From Candidatus Poriferihabitaceae bacterium (GTDB taxonomy: Bacteria; Pseudomonadota; Gammaproteobacteria; Arenicellales; Poriferihabitantaceae), in the NCBI GenBank assembly GCA_965249835.1, contig CBDFMY010000003.1, forward strand, positions 1,249,979 through 1,313,978: a stretch of DNA of 64,000 bases. The letters run 5' to 3'. Position numbers and translations under genes: made by a program. Below the pieces are notes generated by a model, which made no database searches, was not told the origin of the DNA, and saw only the letters and a list, made by a program, of their open reading frames with translations. Shown here piece by piece: positions 1-10,405 of the stretch. Position 1 is the stretch's first letter. The number at the start of each line of letters is the position of its first letter.

Positions 1-2711
1 CCGCCGATCTTCGCACGCTTGCTTTTCAAAGCGCGACTGGTTCCGGCAAGACGCTTCTTTTGCACGCCAATATTTTGCAATACAAACACTATCTGAAAAA
101 ATACAAACGACTACACAAACTCAACAAAATAATACTGGTAACACCGGACGAAGGACTTTCCCGACAGCACCTGCGTGAATTGCAATCAAGTGGCATCCCG
201 GCACAACTATTTTCCGATAATTCAGGCGGAGGGATGTTTTCTCACAGTGGCGGGGTAGTGGACATCATTGACCTTCACAAACTGGATGACAAGAAAGGCA
301 TTAAGCGGGTCGCTTTGGCATCCTTTGAAGAAAACAATCTTGTGATGGTGGATGAGGGTCATCTGGGCACCGGCGGCAAGGTTTGGAGAAACCGTCGCAA
401 GCAACTGGCGAAAAACGGTTTTACCTTTGAATACTCGGCAACATTTAATCAGGCGGTTTCCGGCAGTGGCGATGAAATCAAAAAACTGCGAGACGAATAC
501 GGCAAATCAATGTTGTTTGATTATTCCTATAAATTTTTCTATGAAGATGGCTACGGCAAGGATTATCAAATATCCAATCTGCAAAACACCAACGATGGCG
601 AAGCGAACAATGTTTATTTGCTTGCCTGCCTGTTGAAGTTTTATCAACAATGTCGGATTTTCGAGGATAAGGGCGGGCAGTGGCGGGAGTTCAACATCGC
701 ACCACCGCTTTGGGTGTTTCTCGGCAAGACGGTTACCGGCGGCAAGAGTGCCGGTAAGAAGGAGACAGAAACCGACGTACTCCGAATTATCTCTTTTCTA
801 TCTTGGGTACAAAGCCAACAACGAGAAGTGATAGTAATGATTAAGAAACTTGTTAGCAATAATACCGGGCTTGTCGATGAACAAGGCACGGACATATTCA
901 GTGGATCATTTTCCTACATAGAAAAGAAATCGCCGACAAGTATCTATAAGGATTTATCTTCGGTGGTTTTTCGTGGTAAGGGACAACTGCATATATCTCA
1001 TCTCAGCGGTATGGATGAAATTCAACTCAGTGCCGGAGACGGCAATCCGTTCGGGGTCATCAATGTCGGCGATGCATCCGGGCTTTATAGCAAACTTGGA
1101 GATGTCAAAAATCAACTCTTTACACTTTCAAAGGACGCATTTTCCAAACCGCTGTTTGCCGATGTGGATAACAACAATTCGCCGGTGAATATCGTTATCG
1201 GTGCGCGCAAATTTGCCGCCGGATGGAATTCTTGGCGTGTCAGCACCATGGGGCTGATGCATGTGGGCACTGGCGAGGGGCCGCAAATCATCCAGATGTT
1301 TGGCCGGGGTGTTCGTCTCAAGGGACGCGACATGTCGCTCAAGCGGCATACCGCACTTGAAGGCGCAAGTCCGCAGGATGGCGACCTGCTCAAATTGCTT
1401 GAAACGCTCAACATCTTCGGTCTCAAAGCCAACTATATGGATAAGTTCAAACACTACCTTCAACAGGAAACCGGTGAAGTTGAACAGATTGTCGTTAAAT
1501 TGCGGCCAGGGAAGGATTTCAAAAAAGCGCGCCGCCTTAAAATGATTAGGAAGCGCAAGAGCGCAGGAGAGTTTAAGTATTCCGACGAGCGGATTGATTT
1601 GCCCTTGATCCCCGACCTGACAATAAGGATTGACCGTTACAAGCATTTACAGATTCTTGAATCGAGACAACAAAATCATGATGATGCCGAATCTATCACA
1701 ACAGGCAAATTGAAAAAACAGCATGTGGATTTGATTAACAAATTGTCGGTTTATCATCGAGTTCTTGAACGCAAGCATAGACTGTCATGGCATAACATGA
1801 CTGTTTCTCAGAAAGCGGTGGACACGCTACTTGAAAATGGCGATTGGTATGAACTTTACATTCCACTGGAAAAATTGGAGTTTTCCGAACATGGGCGAGT
1901 GCGAGAATGGGAAGACCTTGCGGTGGATTTAATTTGCGAATATGCCGATCAATACTGGCGCAAAGAACGAAATATTTGGGAACACCAGCACATGGAAGTT
2001 GTGCCGCTGGATGATGACGATCCGAACCATGTTTATGAATACAAACTATCGGTTGATGCTAAAGAGAAGGCACTGATTAAAGACATTGAACAGATGGCAG
2101 AAGATGTGAAACAAGGGCAATACAATGAGATATATCCATTATCAGGCGGGTATCAACTTTCATTATTGAATCCAGGTTTCCACGCATATATACCTTTACT
2201 CCATGCCAAACCTCATGACTCAGCAAAAATCACGCCTATTCCTTTGAACGAGGGAGAAGCGAAATTTGTCAAGTATCTGAAGGATCTTGTGGAATACAAA
2301 CATAATTTTGATGTTTTGCAAGGCAAAGAAATCTATCTGATGCGTAACATGAGTCGGGGTAAGGGCGTTTCTTTTTTTGATGATTATTCTTTTTATCCGG
2401 ATTTTATTCTTTGGCTTGATGATTCAACAAGACAGGATATATTGTTTATCGATCCGAAAGGTCTTGTGCATTACGACTCAAAAGTTAACTCAAAAGTGAA
2501 TCTACACGAGCGAATAAAGGACACCGAGAAGAAAATTCAGCAGCAAAATAGCCGTCTTTTCTTACATTCTTATATATGGTCAGCCACGCAACCTAAAGAC
2601 ATTGGCGGAGAGAAACCAATGACAGCAAAAAACCGCCAAAAACAAGGGATAGTCTTGGCGAGCCAAGGGATGTCAGGAATTCAAAATCTCTTACAAGATG
2701 CCCTGAAGTAA
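1..2711 (+). CDS. SF2 helicase fused to C-terminal PD-(D/E)xK nuclease, type III restriction Res-like; 5' end outside window
   Basis: Frame is open from nt 3. Walker A ATGSGKT is encoded at about nt 33-53, then VMVDEGH (motif II), YSATF (motif III), QMFGRGVRL (motif VI). C-terminus has YPDFILW...ILFIDPKG (PD...D-x-K). AT-rich compared with neighbours. Confidence 0.7.
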   Translation, partial: ADLRTLAFQSATGSGKTLLLHANILQYKHYLKKYKRLHKLNKIILVTPDEGLSRQHLRELQSSGIPAQLFSDNSGGGMFSHSGGVVDIIDLHKLDDKKGIKRVALASFEENNLVMVDEGHLGTGGKVWRNRRKQLAKNGFTFEYSATFNQAVSGSGDEIKKLRDEYGKSMLFDYSYKFFYEDGYGKDYQISNLQNTNDGEANNVYLLACLLKFYQQCRIFEDKGGQWREFNIAPPLWVFLGKTVTGGKSAGKKETETDVLRIISFLSWVQSQQREVIVMIKKLVSNNTGLVDEQGTDIFSGSFSYIEKKSPTSIYKDLSSVVFRGKGQLHISHLSGMDEIQLSAGDGNPFGVINVGDASGLYSKLGDVKNQLFTLSKDAFSKPLFADVDNNNSPVNIVIGARKFAAGWNSWRVSTMGLMHVGTGEGPQIIQMFGRGVRLKGRDMSLKRHTALEGASPQDGDLLKLLETLNIFGLKANYMDKFKHYLQQETGEVEQIVVKLRPGKDFKKARRLKMIRKRKSAGEFKYSDERIDLPLIPDLTIRIDRYKHLQILESRQQNHDDAESITTGKLKKQHVDLINKLSVYHRVLERKHRLSWHNMTVSQKAVDTLLENGDWYELYIPLEKLEFSEHGRVREWEDLAVDLICEYADQYWRKERNIWEHQHMEVVPLDDDDPNHVYEYKLSVDAKEKALIKDIEQMAEDVKQGQYNEIYPLSGGYQLSLLNPGFHAYIPLLHAKPHDSAKITPIPLNEGEAKFVKYLKDLVEYKHNFDVLQGKEIYLMRNMSRGKGVSFFDDYSFYPDFILWLDDSTRQDILFIDPKGLVHYDSKVNSKVNLHERIKDTEKKIQQQNSRLFLHSYIWSATQPKDIGGEKPMTAKNRQKQGIVLASQGMSGIQNLLQDALK

Positions 2712-2717
2712 CCCATC

Positions 2718-4052
2718 TCAGCCGGCTTTCATAGAAACTACAATCCGCGGATAATACCGCCACAAAGTCGCTGCGCGGATTAGCATGAAGCACGACAGAG
2801 CGAGGAACAATCCGTGGTTGCCGAGCAATGGAATCAGCAACGCAACGAGTGCAAGGTAGACGGCGGTGGATACCAGCATGGCGTTGCGCATTTCGCGGGC
2901 GTGGCCGGTGCCGATGAAAATACCGTCCAGTTGGAAACTCCACACTGACAGCAACGGCAGCGCCATCATCCACCCCATGTATTGCTTTGATACATCAAGC
3001 ACCGCGTCGATGTTGGTGAACAAGCCGATGATTTGTCCGCCGAACAACAAATAGGCGATGCTCGCCAGCAACGCTCCGGCGGCGGCCCACGCGGTGGACA
3101 CGCGCACCGCACGCCGGAATGTGCGCGGGTTGCGCGCGCCGTAGGCACTGCCCGCCAGTGCTTCGGCGGCGTGAGCGAATCCATCCAACGCGTACGCCAT
3201 GATGCTTTGCAGGTGCAATAAAATCGTATTGGCCGCCAACACCACTTCGCCGAGGCGCGCGCTTTGCGCAGTGAACCAGGCGAACGCAAACATCAGGCAC
3301 ATGGTGCGAACGAAAATATTTCCGTTGGTGCGCATCAACTCGATCATGGCATCGGTCGCCAACACTTCGTTCCATCGAATGGAAGTCAGCGCGCGTCTAA
3401 TTTCAACCCGCAACATAAAGAAGCCGATGGTGGCGGATACATATTCGGCGATCAATGTCGCCCATGCCACGCCGACGACTCCCAGTTTCAACACCGCAAC
3501 GAATAGCAAATCCAACGCCACGTTGGTGAGATTTAAAGTCAGCACCAGGTATAGGGCGCGGCGGGTGTTGTGCATGCCGATGAACAGGCCGGTGAACACA
3601 TAAACACACAGCGTCGCCGGCGCGCTCCACACGCGAATCAACGAATAGTCGGCCGCCAGTTGTTCGACTCGAGGGCTACTTTGCAGAAAGTATAAAGCCA
3701 TTGCAATGAGCGGTTTGCCGAGCGCGATGATGACCAGTCCGAACAACAATGCCAGCAACAGCACCCGTAGTAGCGTGCGCGAAAGCATTCCGGCATCTCC
3801 GGTGCCAACTGCGCGGGCGATGAAACCGGTGGTGCCCATGCGCAGGAAACCAAACCCCCAGTAAAGGAAGGTGAATATCAGCGCGCCGAGGGCGACCGCG
3901 CCGATGTGATGCGGTTGCGGCAGGTGGCCGACCACGGCGGTGTCCACGGCACCCACCAGCGGCACCGAAATATTGGAGATGATCATTGGACCCGCCAGCA
4001 TCCACACCGTGCGGTGGGTGATGTTTGTCGGTGCGCGGTTCGGTGATGTCAT
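2718..4052 (-). CDS. MATE family efflux transporter (DinF/NorM-like)
   Basis: 444 aa polytopic protein. N-terminus LAGPMIISNISVPLVGAVDTAVVGHL is typical of MATE. Confidence 0.8.
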   Translation of the reverse strand: MTSPNRAPTNITHRTVWMLAGPMIISNISVPLVGAVDTAVVGHLPQPHHIGAVALGALIFTFLYWGFGFLRMGTTGFIARAVGTGDAGMLSRTLLRVLLLALLFGLVIIALGKPLIAMALYFLQSSPRVEQLAADYSLIRVWSAPATLCVYVFTGLFIGMHNTRRALYLVLTLNLTNVALDLLFVAVLKLGVVGVAWATLIAEYVSATIGFFMLRVEIRRALTSIRWNEVLATDAMIELMRTNGNIFVRTMCLMFAFAWFTAQSARLGEVVLAANTILLHLQSIMAYALDGFAHAAEALAGSAYGARNPRTFRRAVRVSTAWAAAGALLASIAYLLFGGQIIGLFTNIDAVLDVSKQYMGWMMALPLLSVWSFQLDGIFIGTGHAREMRNAMLVSTAVYLALVALLIPLLGNHGLFLALSCFMLIRAATLWRYYPRIVVSMKAG

Positions 4053-4256
4053 GGGTGTCGGTCGCCCGGTCGGAGCGTGTTATCGGCGGCATGTCTGCCC
4101 GGATACTATACTTAACTTCCCCCTTTCATTGCCCTTTACTTCACTGCGTTTGGGGATACAATCCGCCGACTTCGTCGAGTCGGGCGGGGATGCGTTATCT
4201 CGGGCGGGAAGCCGCAAGGTTTCCAGATTGGTCAATTTTTGGCGAGGCAATGGCTC

Positions 4257-5567
4257 ATGTGGAACGACGTGCGCGCGACCTGGGCGCTACTGGTGGGCAT
4301 CGGTTTCATGATGCTTGGCAATGGTCTGCAAGGGACCTTGCTTGGCCTTCGCGCCACCATGGAAGGATTCCCCACTTTCACCACCGGCATCATGATGTCG
4401 GGCTATTTCGTCGGCATTTTCATCGGCTCGGTTTTTGCGCCGCGACTGGTGGGGCGGGTTGGCCACATCCGCGTTTTCGCGGCCCTCGCCTCGGCCGCTT
4501 CCATCGCCATCCTCATCCACGGACTGTATGTCCATGTGCTCACCTGGACTTTGATGCGCCTGATTACTGGCATCAGTTACGCCGGTTTGTTTGTGGTCAC
4601 CGAAAGTTGGTTGAACGATCGCGCCGGCAACGAAAATCGCGGCAAGTTGCTGTCCATTTATATGGTAATCGTCACCTTGGGATTGGGCTGCGGGCAGTTT
4701 ATGCTGAACCTCGCAGACCCGGCCGGAGTCGATTTGTTTATTCTGGTATCGGTGGTGGTGTCGTTCGGATTGATTCCCATGTTATTGACCGCTCGCCCGG
4801 CACCGGCCTTTGAGATGTCCGGCAAGATGACTCTGCGGCGATTGTTCAAGGCATCGCCGCTGGCGGTCATCAGCAACACCCTGACCGGCGTCGCCCACGG
4901 AACCATCTTCGGTCTCGGCGCGGTGTATGCGCGACAAAAAGGATTCAGCGTGGAGATGGTGTCCATTTTCATGGCTTGTTTTTTGTTCGGCGGGTTGCTG
5001 TTTCAATGGCCCCTCGGCATCTTCTCCGACCGCTTTGACCGCCGCGTGGTGATGGCGGGGATGGCTGGAGTTGCCGTAATCCTGACGTTGCTGACGGTAT
5101 TCCTATCGGCCGGTAGCGTATTCTTTTTTGTGGTCATCGCATTGCTCGGCGGCGTCGCCATGCCGATGTATTCGATGTGCATCGCCTACGCCAACGATCG
5201 GCTGGAACCCGAAGAGATCGTCGCCGCCAGCGGTAGTTTGGTGATGGTCGCCGGAATCGGCTTGAGCACGGGCCCCATCATCGTGTCGTTCTTGATGTCG
5301 CAGTTCGGGCCAAACTTTTATTTCACCGGCATCGGCGGCGCGTTCGCTTTAATCTTTTTGTTCGCGGTGTATCGAATGGGGCAACGCGCCGGTGTGGATG
5401 TCGAAGATCAGTCGCCGACACTTGCGGCCGGACAGATTGGCACACCGATCGCTGAAATCTGTGCCACGGATGCGGTGGATTATGTCGAAGCGGTGGCCAG
5501 CGGCGAGGTGGAACGGCTCGACCAACAAGAAGCGACCACCGAGCAGGATGTGGAACGACGCTTGTAG
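4257..5567 (+). CDS. MFS transporter
   Basis: About 436 aa, roughly 12 hydrophobic segments, MFS-like loop GRVGHIRVF. ATG at 4257 preferred over the TTG at 4239. Confidence 0.75.
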   Translation: MWNDVRATWALLVGIGFMMLGNGLQGTLLGLRATMEGFPTFTTGIMMSGYFVGIFIGSVFAPRLVGRVGHIRVFAALASAASIAILIHGLYVHVLTWTLMRLITGISYAGLFVVTESWLNDRAGNENRGKLLSIYMVIVTLGLGCGQFMLNLADPAGVDLFILVSVVVSFGLIPMLLTARPAPAFEMSGKMTLRRLFKASPLAVISNTLTGVAHGTIFGLGAVYARQKGFSVEMVSIFMACFLFGGLLFQWPLGIFSDRFDRRVVMAGMAGVAVILTLLTVFLSAGSVFFFVVIALLGGVAMPMYSMCIAYANDRLEPEEIVAASGSLVMVAGIGLSTGPIIVSFLMSQFGPNFYFTGIGGAFALIFLFAVYRMGQRAGVDVEDQSPTLAAGQIGTPIAEICATDAVDYVEAVASGEVERLDQQEATTEQDVERRL

Positions 5568-5621
5568 CGCACGCACGGATAACGGATTACCTTTTTGGAG
5601 TATGATTACGCGCAATAGAGG

Positions 5622-6557
5622 ATGGTCAAAGGTGCCATGCATAATAACTTTTCCCTGCGAACTCGAAACGATGCCGGCGGCACACCGCTACTGTCGGACT
5701 GGGGCGCAAACTGCGACTATGGTGTGTTGCGCGATGTGTTGCTTGGTCCGGTCGATCACTATCAATGGTTGAACACCAGTTCGGTGTCGAAAAAAAGTAT
5801 TCGGCGCAATCTTGCGTTTGATCACGCCACCGCCAAAGCCCAACACGCCGAGATGATTTCCGCTTACCAGTCAGCCGGCGTTACCTGCCATTTCCACGAA
5901 GCGGATGCGGCGTTGCCATATCAGGTGTTTGCGCGAGATTCATCGGCGATGACGCCTTTTGGCGCCATCATAACCAACATGGCGAACTGGTGGCGGCGCG
6001 GCGAAAATTTCCGTGCCATCGAAACTTACGCACGCCTCGGCATTCCCATCTACGACTATGTGACCGCCGGACACTTTGAAGGCGGAGATTTTAATGTCAT
6101 TGAACCGGGCACCGTGCTAATCGGTTGGGAAGGCGACGAAGGCCGCAGTCAGCGGCAGGGCGCGTTGCAATTGCAAAACTGGTTTGAAGCCGAAGGTTGG
6201 GAAGTGATGCTGGCTGACATTGATCCGTTCTATGTGCACATTGATCTCATGGTGGTGATGCTGGCACCCAAACTCGCCGCCGTGTGCCTCGAATCCACCG
6301 ACCCGGAAGTGGTCGCGTGGCTTCAATCCAAACAAATCGAATTGGTGGCGGTGCCGTTTCAGGACACGCTGGATCTCGGTTGCAATGTCGTGGCGTTGGG
6401 CGATGACCGCATTTTGCTACCGAAAAAAAGCAAAGTGCTAAAACAAAAAGCCCGCGCGCTGGGGCTTGCGGTGTATGACCCGGATGTGTCCATGATCACA
6501 CCGGGCGGCGGTGGAGTGCACTGCATGTGTCAGGCGTTACGCCGCGACCCGGCATAA
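5622..6557 (+). CDS. amidinotransferase-fold hydrolase (DDAH / arginine deiminase family)
   Basis: 311 aa. C-terminal GGGGVHCMCQAL active-site Cys motif of the guanidino-modifying superfamily. Confidence 0.6.
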   Translation: MVKGAMHNNFSLRTRNDAGGTPLLSDWGANCDYGVLRDVLLGPVDHYQWLNTSSVSKKSIRRNLAFDHATAKAQHAEMISAYQSAGVTCHFHEADAALPYQVFARDSSAMTPFGAIITNMANWWRRGENFRAIETYARLGIPIYDYVTAGHFEGGDFNVIEPGTVLIGWEGDEGRSQRQGALQLQNWFEAEGWEVMLADIDPFYVHIDLMVVMLAPKLAAVCLESTDPEVVAWLQSKQIELVAVPFQDTLDLGCNVVALGDDRILLPKKSKVLKQKARALGLAVYDPDVSMITPGGGGVHCMCQALRRDPA

Positions 6558-6580
6558 TTGGCATTCCTCGGCATCTCTCA

Positions 6581-7561
6581 ATGTTAATCATAGACGGATT
6601 GCAATACGCCAACTGGAGTCGGCCGCTGTTGGAAGAAATGCGTCGCGGCGGATTGGATTGTGTGCATGTAACCATCGCCTATCACGAAACTTGCGTCGAA
6701 ACCTTGCGTAACATCGGTCAATGGAACCGATTGTTTGAACAACACGGCGACCTCATCACAAAAGTCGGCACCGCGGATGAAGTCATCGCCGCCAAACAAG
6801 CCGGCAAAACCGGCCTAATGTTCGGTTTTCAAAATTGCTCGCCCATTGAAGACGATTATGCGTTGGTGGAAATTTTTCACACGCTCGGTGTGCGCTTTAT
6901 GCAACTCAGTTACAACAACCAGAGTTTGCTCGCCACCGGTTGCTATGAAAAAAACGACTCCGGCATCACCCGCTTCGGCAAGCAAGTCATCCGCGAGATG
7001 AACCGAGTCGGTATGGTGGTGGATATGTCGCACAGTGCCGAGCGTTCCACGCTGGAAGCGATCGAGTATTCATCCCGCCCCATCGCCATCACCCACGCCA
7101 ACCCCGCTTCTTTCGAACCGGCGTTGCGCAACAAATCCGACCAGGTGCTAACCACCCTCGCCCAAAGCGGCGGCATGTTCGGTTTCAGTTTGTATCCGCA
7201 TCATCTCAAAGGCGGCTCGGCTTGCCAGTTGGAAGACTTCTGCATGATGATTGCGCGCACCGCCGAGTTGATTGGCATCAAACACCTCGGCATCGGCTCC
7301 GACCTGTGCCAAAACCAGCCGGATGCGGTGGTCGCGTGGATGCGAAACGGCAGATGGAGCAAGACCACCGACTACGGTGAAGGCACCGCCGACCATGCCG
7401 GCTGGCCGACGCAACCGGAATGGTTCAGCAACAGCACGCACTACGACAATCTCGCCCAAGGGTTGGCGCGAGTTGGATTTTCCGAAGACGAAGTGGAAAA
7501 AATCATGGGACGTAACTGGCTTAATTTTTTTGCGCGATCGTTCGGCGCAGCGGATTCCTGA
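6581..7561 (+). CDS. membrane dipeptidase, peptidase family M19
   Basis: MLIIDGLQY..., HVTIAY, DMSHS, ITHANP motifs of renal-dipeptidase-like enzymes. ATG 6581 chosen. Confidence 0.75.
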   Translation: MLIIDGLQYANWSRPLLEEMRRGGLDCVHVTIAYHETCVETLRNIGQWNRLFEQHGDLITKVGTADEVIAAKQAGKTGLMFGFQNCSPIEDDYALVEIFHTLGVRFMQLSYNNQSLLATGCYEKNDSGITRFGKQVIREMNRVGMVVDMSHSAERSTLEAIEYSSRPIAITHANPASFEPALRNKSDQVLTTLAQSGGMFGFSLYPHHLKGGSACQLEDFCMMIARTAELIGIKHLGIGSDLCQNQPDAVVAWMRNGRWSKTTDYGEGTADHAGWPTQPEWFSNSTHYDNLAQGLARVGFSEDEVEKIMGRNWLNFFARSFGAADS

Positions 7562-7681
7562 CAGGCATTAAAAAAAAAATGAGAATTCATGAGTTTTTTG
7601 TATCCGGTGAAAATACGCCTGTCAGGTTTGGTCGTTGCCGGCGGGTGCATTGTTGTGAGTTGCGCATAAACATAAAAAGGA

Positions 7682-8557
7682 ATGAACCAGATGCTTGAAC
7701 ATAACAAAATCGTTAAAGGCGATACATTTCATTTGCTACCAAAAATCGAAGAGGAAAGCATTGATTTAATTGTTTGTGACGGACCATACAGTGTCACGAC
7801 GAACGAATGGGACAGAGTCGGTTCGATTCAAGAATACAACTTGAATTTATTAAAAATATTTTCCACCAAACTAAAAGATGGCGGTGCTTTATATCTATTT
7901 GGAAAAAATGATTGTATTGATTTTATCGATTATCGATCTTATTTGAATCTTAAATCCAAAATTGTCTGGTATCAGCCCAGTCGGCTTTCCCATGGGCGGG
8001 TCAGTTTCACCAATAATTACGATATAATTTGTTACTTCGTCAAAGGCGATAAACCAAAAACTTTCAATTTGGATTCAATAAGAGTCCCGCAGTTGGTTGA
8101 ACTGCAACATCGCTTAAGATGCGAAAATGTGCCTTCCGTTCGAACCGGAAAATATGGCAGAACAAAATTTAATGACAAAGGAAAAAACCCGGGTGATGTG
8201 TGGGGAGATATAAAGCAATTGACTTATAAATCAAAAGAATTAGTCAGCAGGGAAGCACTCAACACAATTCAAAAGCCAGAAAAACTTTTTGAAAGAATTA
8301 TATTGGCCAGTTCAAATAAAGATGATCTTGTTTTAGATCCTTTTTGCGGAGTTGGAACAACAGCGGTTATGTGTAAAAAGCACAAAAGAAATTTTATTTG
8401 TTTCGAGAAAAATCACCAACTCGTAGAATGGGGGAATGAAAGAATAATGCGGTTGGGAAAAATTGAAATGGCACAACAAAGTGATTTATCCCAACCCATA
8501 ATCGAGCCCCCAATGTCACCAGTGGCAACGCGGCCTTCCCCGCCACACACCGCCTAA
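7682..8557 (+). CDS. solitary beta-class DNA (N6-A or N4-C) methyltransferase
   Basis: Motif IV-like IVCDGPYS comes before motif I VLDPFCGVGTTAV (beta permutation). AT-rich gene; the last ~25 codons run into GC-rich flank. Confidence 0.8.
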   Translation: MNQMLEHNKIVKGDTFHLLPKIEEESIDLIVCDGPYSVTTNEWDRVGSIQEYNLNLLKIFSTKLKDGGALYLFGKNDCIDFIDYRSYLNLKSKIVWYQPSRLSHGRVSFTNNYDIICYFVKGDKPKTFNLDSIRVPQLVELQHRLRCENVPSVRTGKYGRTKFNDKGKNPGDVWGDIKQLTYKSKELVSREALNTIQKPEKLFERIILASSNKDDLVLDPFCGVGTTAVMCKKHKRNFICFEKNHQLVEWGNERIMRLGKIEMAQQSDLSQPIIEPPMSPVATRPSPPHTA

Positions 8558-8991
8558 CCCTCCCGAATTCGCTCAATCAACGCCGAAGTGGATAGTTGAA
8601 ACTGGAATTTCAGTGAATGGACTTTACCGCCCCAGCCGATTACTTCTTTGCCACCGACAATCTCTTCCAGCGGCCAGTCGCCGCCTTTCACCAGATAATC
8701 TGGTTTTATGCGGGTGATTAACTCAAGGGGAGTGGTCTGGTCGTAGGAAATCACGGCATCCACCGAAGCCAATGCGGCCAGCAACGCCATGCGATCGGGC
8801 AACGGATTGATTGGTCGCCCGGGGCCTTTGTTCAGTTGGCGAACCGATTGGTCGCTGTTCACGCCCACCACCAGCATCGCGCCCAGGGCGGCGGCCTGTT
8901 CGAGGTAACTGCTGTGGCCTCGGTGCAGCAGGTCGAAACAGCCGTTGGTGAAAACCAGCGGGCGCGGCAACGCGGCGAGCCAGTCATCCAA
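8554..8991 (-). CDS. hldC: D-glycero-beta-D-manno-heptose 1-phosphate adenylyltransferase (RfaE domain II only)
   Basis: 145 aa. FTNGCFDLLHRGHSSYL cytidylyltransferase motif. Confidence 0.8.
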   Translation of the reverse strand: MDDWLAALPRPLVFTNGCFDLLHRGHSSYLEQAAALGAMLVVGVNSDQSVRQLNKGPGRPINPLPDRMALLAALASVDAVISYDQTTPLELITRIKPDYLVKGGDWPLEEIVGGKEVIGWGGKVHSLKFQFQLSTSALIERIREG

Positions 8992-9084
8992 CTCGACCCC
9001 GTGGGCCGGGTCGTAAATTTTTCGTTCAATTTCGATGGGGCTGCGCTCGATGAGTCTGGCAAACCGCGGTCGCCAATCTTGACA

Positions 9085-9654
9085 TCAGTCGATATATTCA
9101 AACACCTTGACGATGTGTGTGATGCCGCGGATGTCACGGATGGCATTCACGGTAGCCTCGGCTTCCACGTTGGTCACTCGTCCCAGCAGATAAACCTTGC
9201 CGTGTTCGGAGACCACTTTGACCGCGCTGGCCGGCAGGTTCGGCGTCTTCAGCAGGCGCGCCTTGACCTTGCCGGTAATCCATATATCGTTCAGTCGACT
9301 GGAGAAATTGGTTTTGCCCGCCAGCGTTAACTCATTTGCCACGCTTGCCACTTCGCCATTTGTTTTGTATTGCTCCACCACCGCGCTTGCTCGTTGCCGC
9401 TGGTCGTCGCTGTTCACCTGGCCGGTCAACAACACCACACCATTGAATGCGGTAACGCTGATGTTCACGCCTGATCCGAGCGCGGGGTCTTGGTCGAAGT
9501 CGCTGCGCAGTTTTAATTCAAGGGTATTGTCATCCAAATATTTCCCCGGGGTGCGCCGGTCCAGGCTGACATCAATCGCGGTCACCGAGGCGGTGATTAC
9601 CAGCGGGATGCAGGCGTTCAAAGGCAACAATGTGGCCAGCAACAAAGTCCGCAT
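9085..9654 (-). CDS. dolP: BON-domain outer-membrane lipoprotein DolP/YraP
   Basis: Lipobox LLPLNAC after MRTLLLATL, two BON-like repeats, synteny yraN-diaA-dolP. Confidence 0.8.
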   Translation of the reverse strand: MRTLLLATLLPLNACIPLVITASVTAIDVSLDRRTPGKYLDDNTLELKLRSDFDQDPALGSGVNISVTAFNGVVLLTGQVNSDDQRQRASAVVEQYKTNGEVASVANELTLAGKTNFSSRLNDIWITGKVKARLLKTPNLPASAVKVVSEHGKVYLLGRVTNVEAEATVNAIRDIRGITHIVKVFEYID

Positions 9655-9756
9655 GAAAATTTTCACGGCAGGGACTTTGCCAAAAGCAAGCACCCGGTTG
9701 CGTGCGGTGGGTTTGAAATTGAAATTGAGCGGGGAGGGGGGTTTTGTCGCCATGAG

Positions 9757-10359
9757 TCAGAGGTCTCCGAAAAGTTGATGATCGATCAGTTCGCAAAAAG
9801 CGTGAATGATTATACCGTGAATTTCCTGCACGCGTGCGGTGGAGTCGCCGGGTGCCACGATGTCAATGTCGTGTTCGTTCAAGATCGGTGACAGCGCACC
9901 GCCGCCCTTGCCGTTCAAGGCGATGCAACGCAGATGGTTGGCTTGCGCGGCGCGCACCGCCTGCAGGATGTTGCTTGAGTTGCCGGACGAAGTAATCGCC
10001 ACCAGTATATCGCCGCGTCTCCCCAGCGCTTCCACCTGGCGGGCGAACACTTCGTCATAACTTTCATCATTGGCGATGGAGGTCAGGGTCGAGACATCGG
10101 CGTTCAGACTGATGGCGGCAAGCGGCCGGCGAACGCGCTGGAACTTGTTCACCAGTTCGGCGGAAAAATGCAGACTGTCGGCGGCCGAACCGCCGTTGCC
10201 GCAGAGCAGAATCTTGCCATCGTTGCCAAGCACCTCGGCCAGCGCGGTTGCGGCTTCGGCTACGACATCGGTTATTTCTCGACGAGCGGCCTGGATGGAT
10301 TGAATGCTGTCGGCAAGCAAAGCATCCACGCGCGCGGCGGCGGTTAACTTTTCAGACAC
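9757..10359 (-). CDS. diaA: SIS-domain protein DiaA (GmhA-like)
   Basis: 200 aa. GNGGSAADSLHFSAEL SIS motif. Lies between yraN and dolP as in enterobacteria. Confidence 0.75.
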   Translation of the reverse strand: MSEKLTAAARVDALLADSIQSIQAARREITDVVAEAATALAEVLGNDGKILLCGNGGSAADSLHFSAELVNKFQRVRRPLAAISLNADVSTLTSIANDESYDEVFARQVEALGRRGDILVAITSSGNSSNILQAVRAAQANHLRCIALNGKGGGALSPILNEHDIDIVAPGDSTARVQEIHGIIIHAFCELIDHQLFGDL

Positions 10360-10405
10360 GGGCTTTGGGGTGGGTGGGGCGGGGTGGGCATGGCGCTATT
10401 GTTTA

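Noticed and set aside
7558-7627. Inverted repeat CCTGACAGGC ... GCCTGTCAGG after the dipeptidase gene, as a terminal inverted repeat of the MTase insert.
   Set aside because: Both arms lie on the same (left) side of the MTase gene with a ~50-nt AT-rich loop, and no matching arm occurs on the right side. It is more likely a terminator-like hairpin or chance.
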